Positions 1 through 8,318 of a stretch of 64,000 nucleotides of DNA are shown one piece after another (within the stretch, counting starts at the first letter, position 1; every line of letters starts with the position of its first letter). The stretch lies in assembly GCA_963675785.1 (NCBI GenBank), contig OY776562.1, positions 1,888,001-1,952,000 of the forward strand. Reading direction: 5' to 3'. The notes beneath the pieces were generated by a model. It saw only the letters and a list, made by a program, of their open reading frames with translations. It was not told where the DNA came from and made no database searches. The position numbers were made by a program, and so were the translations under genes. Source of the DNA: Anaerolineae bacterium. Lineage in GTDB: Bacteria; Chloroflexota; Anaerolineae; UBA1429.

Positions 1-861
1 CTCCAAGCGCCAGAGCATCGAGTTGATGGAAACATCGCCAAGCTTTTTCAGGCCGATGAGACAGGTCATATCCAGTCCAAAGGCTTTGCCCATTTTCTTG
101 CTGTACTCACCGCGAGCGATGCCCTCCTGGACGAGGTCCCATTTACGACCACCGCGATGGGGAAAGTACATTTTGCCGTACTCGATATTGGCCGCAAAGT
201 CACCCAAGCCACGGATGCCGTCGTGCCCAATGGGGAAAGCTTCGGGCTTTTCTTGAAAATAAGCCAGGGTCTCATCGAAATTCACATTGGACATCTTGAA
301 AGCCAACGTGCAGGTACCCTGGGTCTCGCGCATGGGGCAGCCAGTCTGATAAGCCAGGTCGGCCTCGCCGGTGCAGTCCACAGTTACGCGGGCCTTGATT
401 ATCTTGCGGCCGGTCTTGGTCTCGATATAGACGCCCTCGACCAAATTGCCATCCATTACTGGCCGCGTGGCCAACACATGGGTGAGGATGGTAACGCCAG
501 CTTGCTGCAGCAGGTCAATGAGCACCACCTTGAGTTTTTGCTCATCAAAGACCATCTTGCTGTAGGGTTCGTTCCAGTTGGCCTCAGCCCCATCATAGGC
601 TACCAGCGTATCCATGATCTCGCGGGGGATGCCGTCAACCAAATGGCGCCCTTCGACGTCAAAGCGCGAATTCACAAAGTTGGGGATGATGTTACTGACC
701 AGCACGCCACCCAGGCAACCATTTCGCTCGATGAGCATAGTTTTAGCGCCCGCGCGAGCCGCAGCGAGGGCGGCTGTACAGCCAGCAATTCCGCCACCCG
801 CCACCAGCACATCAACCGAATCGTAAACGGGGATATCACGCGATAATTCTTTGATAGACAT
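1..861 (-). CDS. FAD-dependent oxidoreductase (runs off the left window edge)
   Basis: Not in the ORF track. Manual translation from ATG 861 gives MSIKELSRDIPVYDSVDVLVAGGGIAGCTAALAAARAGAKTMLIERNGCLGG (GxGxxG Rossmann motif plus ER..LGG). SD AAGGAG lies upstream. Confidence 0.85.
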   Translation of the reverse strand, partial: MSIKELSRDIPVYDSVDVLVAGGGIAGCTAALAAARAGAKTMLIERNGCLGGVLVSNIIPNFVNSRFDVEGRHLVDGIPREIMDTLVAYDGAEANWNEPYSKMVFDEQKLKVVLIDLLQQAGVTILTHVLATRPVMDGNLVEGVYIETKTGRKIIKARVTVDCTGEADLAYQTGCPMRETQGTCTLAFKMSNVNFDETLAYFQEKPEAFPIGHDGIRGLGDFAANIEYGKMYFPHRGGRKWDLVQEGIARGEYSKKMGKAFGLDMTCLIGLKKLGDVSINSMLWRLE

Positions 862-898
862 GGAAAACACTCCTTTGGATGATTTACATACAGTATGG

Positions 899-924
899 AT
901 GGGGCCTGCATCTACAGGCCCCAT
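899..924. other. GC-rich stem-loop after the solute-binding protein gene (mRNA stabiliser or weak terminator)
   Basis: ATGGGGCCTG-catcta-CAGGCCCCAT inverted repeat; no clear U-tract. Confidence 0.55.
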
Positions 925-935
925 TCTCACAAGCA

Positions 936-2969
936 CTAGAGCACATGAGAATCTGGGTCATCCCAAAAGAGTGTCTGGATGGGGCAAATTGATTCATCTT
1001 TGGTGGAACCAGAATCAATGGTGATATCTTCGGAATAGCCTCCTAGACCATTTTTGACGATCAAAATGGAAGGCAGTTCACCCAGCATACCAACCATGGG
1101 TAGCTGTTCACGCCAAATGTCGAGAATACCCTGGAAGAGCTCATTTTGCCCTTCTTCGGAACTCGTGACTTTGATCTGATCCCGGATGTTCCAGATATCC
1201 CAAATCCAGTGATCTGCAGGGGGCTCCTCAGCATTGGGGTCGGTGGGGTCGATGGAATAGAGCGCCCAGGCACCAGCCCACGCATGATCCTGGCGGGTGC
1301 CGTCGAACACGGTCATTTCCTGAATAGGTAACAGTGTCCAGGCGTTCCACGATGGGAAGCAAGCGTCGGTATCGTTGGCCGCAAAGTGCTCCTCCACCAA
1401 CGAGCGCTCCGAATACTTGTAGACGCACTTGATACCTACCTCACCGAGATAATTGGTGGTGAGGTTGGCACAATCTTCCCAGGAAGATCCTTGATCGAGA
1501 TAGCCCTCGATGCTGAAAAAGATCGTGTCGCCGCTGCCGTCAGGGTAAACGCGATAGCCCTCAGCATCACGCTCATTGTAACCTGCCTCATCCAGCAAGC
1601 GGTTGGCCTGATCGACATCATAATCGACGTAATTCGATGAAAGATCAGGGTCATAGTTGGGCGATGTGGGCAGGGGACTGTATTGACGCGGTGTAGCTAG
1701 GCCGTCAAAGGCCAGTTCGTTCATGGTGTCACGGTCGATAGCCAGCGACATAGCCTTGCGTACATCGAGCGTGTTAAAGAAGGTGCGTAGACGCTCGTTC
1801 TTGGTAGTGAGGTTTGGCAGCAAACAAACGTGCTTGGTGCCAGCCACCGCAGCCACCTTGAAATCACCAGTCTCTTCACCCTCTTTAAAGGGGGTAAAGT
1901 TGGCAATATCCATATGGCGGGCCTGATAGTCAATCTCGCCATTCATCACCCACATGTTCATGGTATCGACGCTCTCGAACAGGCGGTGTGTCATGGTATC
2001 GACATAGGGAAGCTGGACGCCGTTGGCATCGACTTCATAGAAATAGGGGTTGCGCTCTAGTATGTAGAGTTCTTGGGCCATGGTGTTGAACGAGATAAAT
2101 GGATATTGGGTTGGCCGGCCTGCATTGGTCCACCACTGATCCTGAGCCATATACAATTGCTGCCACGTCTCAAAGCCAGCCTCGGCAACCATAGCATCCA
2201 AATCCGCCTCTTTAGCAAAACTGCCATGAAACTGCTTCATGTAATGGGCGGGTGAATAAGGCTGGCGCAGTGTCGCAGTGGGGATGTAGAGGGGGTTGGG
2301 ATCGGCAAACTTGTAGACCACGGTATACTCGTCAGGAACCGAGAACTCGGGTAGAACGCTGTCTGCACCAGTTTTGAGAAATGCTGCATCGCCCGCGAGA
2401 ATAGTCTCATCGACCAACGCGCAATCCTCGAAAAAGTAACGAAAATCCTCACTGGTAAAGGGCTCGCCATCAGACCACTTTTGGCCTTTGCGCAAGTACA
2501 AGGTTAATTCGGTGGCATCGTCACTGTAAGACCATGACTCGATGATCTCGGGGCGAAGGGTCATATCTGCGTTATAGAACACCAGGCCGACACCAGCGAT
2601 CTTGCGGACGCCCCAACGGTCAGAAACGCCGTTGAAAGCACGGCGGATGTTGCCACCCACATTGCCCAGCCCAAAAGGCGTAGGGCAAACGAGCGGCTCT
2701 TCAGGTAGACGATCCTCAATAGCCGGGAGCACTCCGCTGGCGACACGCTCTGAGAGATAGGGAGACTCGATATACAGCGAGGTCGGCACAGCGGTAGGCT
2801 CCGGTGTGGCTGTTGCCTCAGAAACTCCTGATGCCGTGGTAGGCTCTGGCGTAGATGTAGGCGCTTCAGTGGGAGCAGGGGTCGCTGTGGGCTGGCTGCA
2901 GGCAGCTACCACACCAGCAGATAAGGACAAGGTCGTGAGACGGATAAACTCTCTTCTTCCAACTTTCAC
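936..2969 (-). CDS. ABC transporter substrate-binding lipoprotein, family 5 (peptide/oligosaccharide), Tat-exported
   Basis: Likely GTG start at 2969 after SD AGGAGG. Signal GRREFIRL...VAAC (twin-Arg plus lipobox), P/T linker, and family-5 motifs KWSDGEPFT, ERNPYF, RKAMSLAIDR. Confidence 0.9.
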   Translation of the reverse strand: MKVGRREFIRLTTLSLSAGVVAACSQPTATPAPTEAPTSTPEPTTASGVSEATATPEPTAVPTSLYIESPYLSERVASGVLPAIEDRLPEEPLVCPTPFGLGNVGGNIRRAFNGVSDRWGVRKIAGVGLVFYNADMTLRPEIIESWSYSDDATELTLYLRKGQKWSDGEPFTSEDFRYFFEDCALVDETILAGDAAFLKTGADSVLPEFSVPDEYTVVYKFADPNPLYIPTATLRQPYSPAHYMKQFHGSFAKEADLDAMVAEAGFETWQQLYMAQDQWWTNAGRPTQYPFISFNTMAQELYILERNPYFYEVDANGVQLPYVDTMTHRLFESVDTMNMWVMNGEIDYQARHMDIANFTPFKEGEETGDFKVAAVAGTKHVCLLPNLTTKNERLRTFFNTLDVRKAMSLAIDRDTMNELAFDGLATPRQYSPLPTSPNYDPDLSSNYVDYDVDQANRLLDEAGYNERDAEGYRVYPDGSGDTIFFSIEGYLDQGSSWEDCANLTTNYLGEVGIKCVYKYSERSLVEEHFAANDTDACFPSWNAWTLLPIQEMTVFDGTRQDHAWAGAWALYSIDPTDPNAEEPPADHWIWDIWNIRDQIKVTSSEEGQNELFQGILDIWREQLPMVGMLGELPSILIVKNGLGGYSEDITIDSGSTKDESICPIQTLFWDDPDSHVL

Positions 2970-3144
2970 GTGTGTACCTCCTAGAAAAGCTCTGCGAATA
3001 GAAAGCCAGACCTCTTTCCTGCTCTCCTTTCTCAGGCGATACACATCTTGCTGATTCTTGCAGTCTATAGTAGAATAATACAGCAAGGTGTCGCCTGACA
3101 CTCTGTGCGGACGCTGTGCGAGCAACTCTAGTCGGGGAACTCGC

Positions 3145-3831
3145 TCAGCGTCTTTCTTGTATTTGAGCAACCCTCTTGAGATGGTCATCAAGGCCGGTTA
3201 GGTTGTGCTTTCTGGCTTGCCGCTCAGTTTCCTCTACATCACCGCTAGCAATGGCCGTGAGCATCGTCCGATGTTCAGCCCTGGCATCCATGGCACGTTC
3301 GTTCGTCATCGGGTCTAGTCCGTAATAAACCGCTATACGACGCCAGTTCTGCTGCAAAATTTTTAAGAATAATGTGAGCATGGGCACTTCAGAGAGTTCG
3401 CCCATGGTGACATGGAATTGAAAGTTTTGCAGTGTGAATCGCTCCATATCGTTCGCAGAAATAGATTCATCCATCTCTGTCATCTCTTGCTCAAGAACCT
3501 TGAGCTTTTCCGACGTACAAGTGCGGCAGACGGCCTTAGCCGCCAGTACCTGTAATTCGCCCGATATGGCAAAATAGTCGACTATGGTAGAGGGAGAGAT
3601 AGGCGCAACGACCGCCCCTTCATGGGGGGTGGATATCACCAACCCTTCAACCTGCAATTGCAGGAGCGCCTCTCGTACCGGAACACGGCTTAGCCCCAGC
3701 TCGCCAGCCAAGTCGTCCAGTATGAGCCGTTCGCCCGGCGCCAGCTCGCAAGAGATAATCATCTCGCGCAGTTCGTGTAGCACCCACTCTTGTTTGGTAG
3801 AAAAGCGCTTTATGTGTTTGCTCCGCCCCAT
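3145..3831 (-). CDS. GntR-family transcriptional regulator (FCD effector domain)
   Basis: wHTH LAPGERL...LAGELGLSRVPVREAL; FCD features NFQFH and EHRTMLTAI. Likely start MGRSK at 3831. Confidence 0.9.
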   Translation of the reverse strand: MGRSKHIKRFSTKQEWVLHELREMIISCELAPGERLILDDLAGELGLSRVPVREALLQLQVEGLVISTPHEGAVVAPISPSTIVDYFAISGELQVLAAKAVCRTCTSEKLKVLEQEMTEMDESISANDMERFTLQNFQFHVTMGELSEVPMLTLFLKILQQNWRRIAVYYGLDPMTNERAMDARAEHRTMLTAIASGDVEETERQARKHNLTGLDDHLKRVAQIQERR

Positions 3832-3860
3832 TGTGTTACGCGTCACGCTGCCTCTCTTTC

Positions 3861-3908
3861 TGTATATATTATATTTTATAAAATATAATATATACAATTT
3901 TTTGTCAA
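3861..3908 (-). promoter_or_regulatory. Sigma70-like promoter of the gntR gene overlapped by a perfect 36-bp palindrome (candidate operator)
   Basis: TTGACA (3908-3903)-17 bp-TATTTT; palindrome TGTATATATTATATTTTATAAAATATAATATATACA at 3861-3896. Confidence 0.7.
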
Positions 3909-3928
3909 GCACACCAGACAGATTTTGA

Positions 3929-3970
3929 ATAAAAAAGGTGGATCAGATTTCTCTGACCCACCCTTTTATT
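3929..3970 (-). terminator. Intrinsic terminator after the 75-aa gene
   Basis: AAAAAAGGTGGATCAGA-tttc-TCTGACCCACCCTTTT hairpin with A/T tracts. Confidence 0.65.
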
Positions 3971-3998
3971 CATTTACCCATTGGGCGATCTACAGATG

Positions 3999-4226
3999 TT
4001 ACAGAACAACTATCAGCACGCCGCCAACAACCAACAGGGCCACAAGGGTCGGGATTAGGCAACCCCACAAACGCGGGAAACAACCGCGCCGATAACCATA
4101 ACCACCGTACATGGGCGGCCGCATCATCGGCCGTCTATGAAAACCACCTGGCCTACCACCAAACCCGCCACCACCACCCATCGGCCCATGACCACCCGGA
4201 CGAGGCCCCATCTTGCCTTTAGGCAT
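3999..4226 (-). CDS. Small Gly/Arg/Pro-rich protein with a C-terminal transmembrane anchor
   Basis: SD AAGGAG before the ATG, upstream TATAAT (4287-4282), own terminator; hydrophobic tail LIPTLVALLVVGGVLIVVL. Confidence 0.7.
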   Translation of the reverse strand: MPKGKMGPRPGGHGPMGGGGGFGGRPGGFHRRPMMRPPMYGGYGYRRGCFPRLWGCLIPTLVALLVVGGVLIVVL

Positions 4227-4333
4227 CTATGTCTCCTTCAAACCTTGGCAGTCCCTGCTGCCTGTTCCATCGCATTCATCTATTATACGCTGGAGCAGGC
4301 GGCCTGGTTGCTGAGGTTCGATGAGCCACCACA

Positions 4334-5737
4334 CTAGCCTTTGCCGATGCCCCAATCGCGACTGCTGGATTTGCAGGTGTGTTCCGTCACGCCGCCCACC
4401 CACTTGACCGTGAGCCAACGCGAACCGCTCGTCTCGGGCGGAAGCCCTCCAGGGCCAGCGCCCTTGGAGCAAAAGTGCTCCCAATAACCCTCGGGGCACT
4501 TGACCATGCCGCTCAGAATGGGATCATCCGTCTCTTCCAAATAGGCCTGCAGTTTATCGCGCAACTCCGCCTCGATGGCGGCATATTCGGGCGCGCCAGA
4601 CAGGTTGTTACGCTCATTGGGGTCGTTCTGCAGGTCGTAAAACTCCCACTCGGGACGCTCCCAACTGCGCAGGGTCTCGCGCATCACATCCACCGTGGGC
4701 GTATTGAGAATGTCGGCGGCAAGCTGTAGACCGGGACCCGGCTCGTAATTGTGGATGAGCTTCCAACAGTCAGTGCGAATAGAGCGAAGGGGCTCGTAAA
4801 AATCGTGCCAGGTCTGCTCCGCATAGACATAGTCGTGGCCCACGTCTTCGCCTGCGGCGGCATAGGGCCAAAGGCTGTGGCCATCACAGGGATCGGGGAT
4901 CGCCTCAGCGGCACCAACGGCATCCAGAATCGTAGGCATGAGGTCACAGTTGGCCGTGAGTCCCATAAAGCGTCGTCCGCCCTCGATATGGCCCTTCCAG
5001 CTCAACACCAGGGGAATCTTTAGCCCGGGATCATAGAGGGTGCCCTTAGCCAGGGGCATGCCGATGCCGTGATCAGAAGTATAGATGATGAGGGTGTCCT
5101 CTAGCAGGCCCAACTCGGCAGCAGCGTCCAGCACCTTGCCAGCGGCGGCATCCATACGGCGCACGCCACTGTAGAATTTGACCATCTCATCGCGAATGAT
5201 GGGGTCATCAGGTAGATAGCCCGGCAGGGTAATGGCCTCGGGATCCTGCAATTCGGGCCAATCGACGTTGTAAGGGCGATGCGGGCGATTGAATCCCACC
5301 ATCAGAAAGAAGGGGCTGTTGGGGTCGCGCTCACGCATGTAGCGAATGCCCGATTCAGCCGAATTCTCGGGCGTATCCTCCTGGCTGCCCACATCGATGC
5401 CACGGTCGTAAAAATCGGCGCTGATGTGCCAGGTACCGTAACAGGCAGTATGATAGCCCAGCGTTTTGAGCACCGCCGGCAGCGTGGGCACCTCAGGGCG
5501 CACCTCCCAATGGCCGCCAGAGGCCAAAGCCATGAGGCCGTTGCGATGGGGCATGAGCCCGGTGAGCATGGTGCCACGGCTGGGGCTGCAGGTGGGCGAG
5601 GCGGCGAAATATTGGTCAAAGATGACGCCCTCGGCGGCAAAGCGCGCCAAATTGGGCGCAATGGCCGAGTTTCCCGGATAGAACGGCAAGTGATCGCCAA
5701 TATCATGACAGTTCAACAAAAGGATATTTGGTCTCAT
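4334..5737 (-). CDS. Cys-type sulfatase (sulfamidase/arylsulfatase-like)
   Basis: RPNILL, CSPSR formylglycine motif, LTG, PHRPY, SDHG, YDLQNDPNERNNL. Confidence 0.92.
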   Translation of the reverse strand: MRPNILLLNCHDIGDHLPFYPGNSAIAPNLARFAAEGVIFDQYFAASPTCSPSRGTMLTGLMPHRNGLMALASGGHWEVRPEVPTLPAVLKTLGYHTACYGTWHISADFYDRGIDVGSQEDTPENSAESGIRYMRERDPNSPFFLMVGFNRPHRPYNVDWPELQDPEAITLPGYLPDDPIIRDEMVKFYSGVRRMDAAAGKVLDAAAELGLLEDTLIIYTSDHGIGMPLAKGTLYDPGLKIPLVLSWKGHIEGGRRFMGLTANCDLMPTILDAVGAAEAIPDPCDGHSLWPYAAAGEDVGHDYVYAEQTWHDFYEPLRSIRTDCWKLIHNYEPGPGLQLAADILNTPTVDVMRETLRSWERPEWEFYDLQNDPNERNNLSGAPEYAAIEAELRDKLQAYLEETDDPILSGMVKCPEGYWEHFCSKGAGPGGLPPETSGSRWLTVKWVGGVTEHTCKSSSRDWGIGKG

Positions 5738-5886
5738 CGTTCCCCCTTATCAAAGACCCAATGCGATGAGGCATGGTAGCAAACAATGTGATGGAACGCC
5801 AGCATCCAAACAATTGCGGATCAGGACATGGTCAGAAAATGCTTGCTGTGTTAAAATGCCGCCCGATAGATTGAATGAGGTGAGAG

Positions 5887-6726
5887 ATGGAAAAAGATAT
5901 GGCTCGGCCCTTGGCCGGACGAGTCGCCTGGGTTACCGGCTCTTCGCGGGGCATTGGCTTTGGCATTACCGAGCATCTGGCTGAGCTGGGCGCAGCTGTC
6001 ACTGTGCACGGTTCACGCCCAAATTCGCCGGCCGCCTTTGGCGAGGGCGATACACTGGAATCGGTAGCAGAGAACATCGCGAGCAAAACCGGCTCGCGCG
6101 TACTGCCTCTTTGCGCTGATCTGACCCGTCCCGAGATGGTGCACCAGGCCGCAGAAACCATTCGCCAAAAGCTGGGCCCCATCGACATTCTGGTGAACTG
6201 CGCAGGTGGAGACATCGGCCACCGAGGGCCAACCGCGCCGCTGGCCGGCAAGCCGGAGGGCAACGATGCCATTGGCATTAGCTATGAGGACCTGGACGTG
6301 GTGCTCAAGCGCAACCTGTACACCTGTATCCTCTGCTGCCAGGAGGTGGCACCAGAGATGATGGCCCGCAAGAGCGGCCGTATCGTTAACATCGGCAGCA
6401 TCGCCGGGCTATTCGGCCACGCCGGTTCGGCTATCTATTCCACCGCCAAAGCCGCCGTGCACGAATACACCCGCTGCCTGGCCGACCAACTGCGCCCCTA
6501 TGACGTGGCCGCCAACGTCATCGCCCCCGGCGACATCCTCACCGGTCGTTTTGCCAACAGCCGCGAGACCGACGAGGCCCTCAAGGTTTCCGAAGGCACG
6601 ATGGTGCGTTACGGCACCCCCCTCGATATCGCCAAGGCCGTGGCCTTTTTGGCCAGCCAGGAAACTACCTACATCACTGGGCAGGTGCTCCGTGTGGATG
6701 GCGGCCTGCAGACCTTTCCCGCATAG
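5887..6726 (+). CDS. Short-chain dehydrogenase/reductase (FabG-like SDR)
   Basis: TGSSRGIG, NCAG, YSTAK catalytic motif, ITGQVLRVDGG. Confidence 0.92.
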   Translation: MEKDMARPLAGRVAWVTGSSRGIGFGITEHLAELGAAVTVHGSRPNSPAAFGEGDTLESVAENIASKTGSRVLPLCADLTRPEMVHQAAETIRQKLGPIDILVNCAGGDIGHRGPTAPLAGKPEGNDAIGISYEDLDVVLKRNLYTCILCCQEVAPEMMARKSGRIVNIGSIAGLFGHAGSAIYSTAKAAVHEYTRCLADQLRPYDVAANVIAPGDILTGRFANSRETDEALKVSEGTMVRYGTPLDIAKAVAFLASQETTYITGQVLRVDGGLQTFPA

Positions 6727-6730
6727 AAGA

Positions 6731-6768
6731 AACGCCGGTTAGCCCAGTGATTCAGGCTGACCGGCGTT
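6731..6768. terminator. Hairpin between convergent genes
   Basis: AACGCCGGTTAGCC...GGCTGACCGGCGTT. Confidence 0.6.
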
Positions 6769-6781
6769 ACTATTTCTCGTA

Positions 6782-7867
6782 CTAACCTCGTGTGGCTTCC
6801 AGCAGGCGCAATTCCTCGATAAAAGCCTCAGCCTCCCCAGCGGTCATGCGGTCACTGATGGTGAGCAAAAAGCCCTTGCCGCCCAGGTTGCGCACGATGT
6901 TGCGCGCCCCCTCTGCCGAAACATACAACTGGCAAAGTTTGCCGCCATCGATGATGCGCTTGAGGATATCCGGCCACGCGTCGGGCTCGGGGTTGCCTGC
7001 ACCGGGAATCCACTGAATGCCACGCAGTCGTTCGATGGAGAGCAGCAGATCGAGATGAGCAAGCTCGCCAGGGCCATCCATGTGGTAAAAACCGTGATCC
7101 AGGTGCTCGCAACAAGCTGTCAGGTCGGGCATGACAAAGCGCTCGAACATGGCCGGCGAGATCATATAAGAGAAATCGCACTGCAACATGTAACATTTGC
7201 CCGGCGACCAGATGGTGGCCCAGGGTGAGGAACCAGCACAAACGGGGCGGATCAAGTCGTACAGGGCATCGTAATAGCGTATCCAGGCCGCGGTAATCCC
7301 GCCCATCAGGCGCTCGACATCGCCTGGCGCATCGTATAGCTCCATCAACAAACCCTCAGTAGTACGAAACGAGGCCAAGATGTCGAGGTTACCGCCCAGG
7401 TCGGTATGGCCAATCTGCACTTGTCCCTGCCAGGCAGTCAGTGCCTCTTGGGTTATGTCAACTACGCGTCGCCACCAGACACTCTCTTCCGAATAGGCAA
7501 GTTCCAGTTCATTCGCTGGCAGCAATTGGGCTGGCTCGAACCAAACTGTCTCAGGCACGGGGTGCACCAGAGCGCCCATAAAGCCGGCCATGATGCCCGG
7601 ACCGAAATCCACCCAAAAGCGAGGCAATGCATCGCCGTAGAAACGCTGGGATTCCAAATGGGGCGCCGCACGAGCAATCACTTCTTCAGCAGGCATATCC
7701 AAGGGATACCCGGCCAAGCGTTCCGGCAGCTGCGGGTAAACGACGGTGGGGTCAGGCTCATATCCCTGAATCTGCACCAGGGGCCGGCCCAGATCGTGGT
7801 TCCACCAGGCAGTGTAATCGCGCTCGATGCGTTCCCAATCACGCGACGTAAAATGGATGTCGGCCAT
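6782..7867 (-). CDS. UroD/MetE-like superfamily protein (uncharacterised, possibly methyltransferase-like)
   Basis: Motifs DFGPG, DLGGNLDIL, LQCDFSYMISPAMFERFVMP, YHMDG, IQWIPGAG. Confidence 0.65.
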   Translation of the reverse strand: MADIHFTSRDWERIERDYTAWWNHDLGRPLVQIQGYEPDPTVVYPQLPERLAGYPLDMPAEEVIARAAPHLESQRFYGDALPRFWVDFGPGIMAGFMGALVHPVPETVWFEPAQLLPANELELAYSEESVWWRRVVDITQEALTAWQGQVQIGHTDLGGNLDILASFRTTEGLLMELYDAPGDVERLMGGITAAWIRYYDALYDLIRPVCAGSSPWATIWSPGKCYMLQCDFSYMISPAMFERFVMPDLTACCEHLDHGFYHMDGPGELAHLDLLLSIERLRGIQWIPGAGNPEPDAWPDILKRIIDGGKLCQLYVSAEGARNIVRNLGGKGFLLTISDRMTAGEAEAFIEELRLLEATRG

Positions 7868-7912
7868 GCTGCTCGCTTTCGAAGGTTATAGACAGGATTT
7901 TGCCGTGTAGAA

Positions 7913-8302
7913 TCACCGAACTGCTTTGCCATGGCAAAGCAGTTCAATAATCTCCTCTTCGGTCTGAGGGACGTCATAATCACCAATCAATTGCCCTGGA
8001 TAGTGGTAAACAATGCCTGCGCGTTCGTTAGTCTCCATGCAATCCATGAGCTTGGTCTCGCCGTATTCACGGATGAAACGAGCAAAGGCGCGCACACGCA
8101 TTTTGTCCAGCATGGTGTCCTGGCAAGGAAACTCGACACATTCCCAACAGCCGTTCAAGCCTTTTTCCAGGCAGCACTTGCGATTCTGGCACCACTCTCG
8201 ATTCTCACAGCCATCGTTACGGCAACCGGCGCAAGTTTCGTTCTGCCCGCATACACAACAGGCCAGACCACAGTAAGCGATTCCCTTATCTCTCAGCAAC
8301 AC
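7913..8302 (-). CDS. DUF3795-like Cys-rich metal-binding protein
   Basis: IAYCGLACCVC, CAGC, CC...GCWECVEFPC. Confidence 0.75.
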   Translation of the reverse strand: MLLRDKGIAYCGLACCVCGQNETCAGCRNDGCENREWCQNRKCCLEKGLNGCWECVEFPCQDTMLDKMRVRAFARFIREYGETKLMDCMETNERAGIVYHYPGQLIGDYDVPQTEEEIIELLCHGKAVR

Positions 8303-8318
8303 ACACCATTCCAGTCCA

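Noticed and set aside
157-846. 229-aa plus-strand ORF
   Set aside because: Antisense shadow of the FAD oxidoreductase on the minus strand; no motifs
2970-3191. N-terminal extension of the 751-aa SBP ORF, and similar extensions of folK, folP, phnD, the 2-hydroxyacid dehydrogenase and the AKRs
   Set aside because: Longest-ORF artefacts; SD sequences and signal peptides support downstream starts
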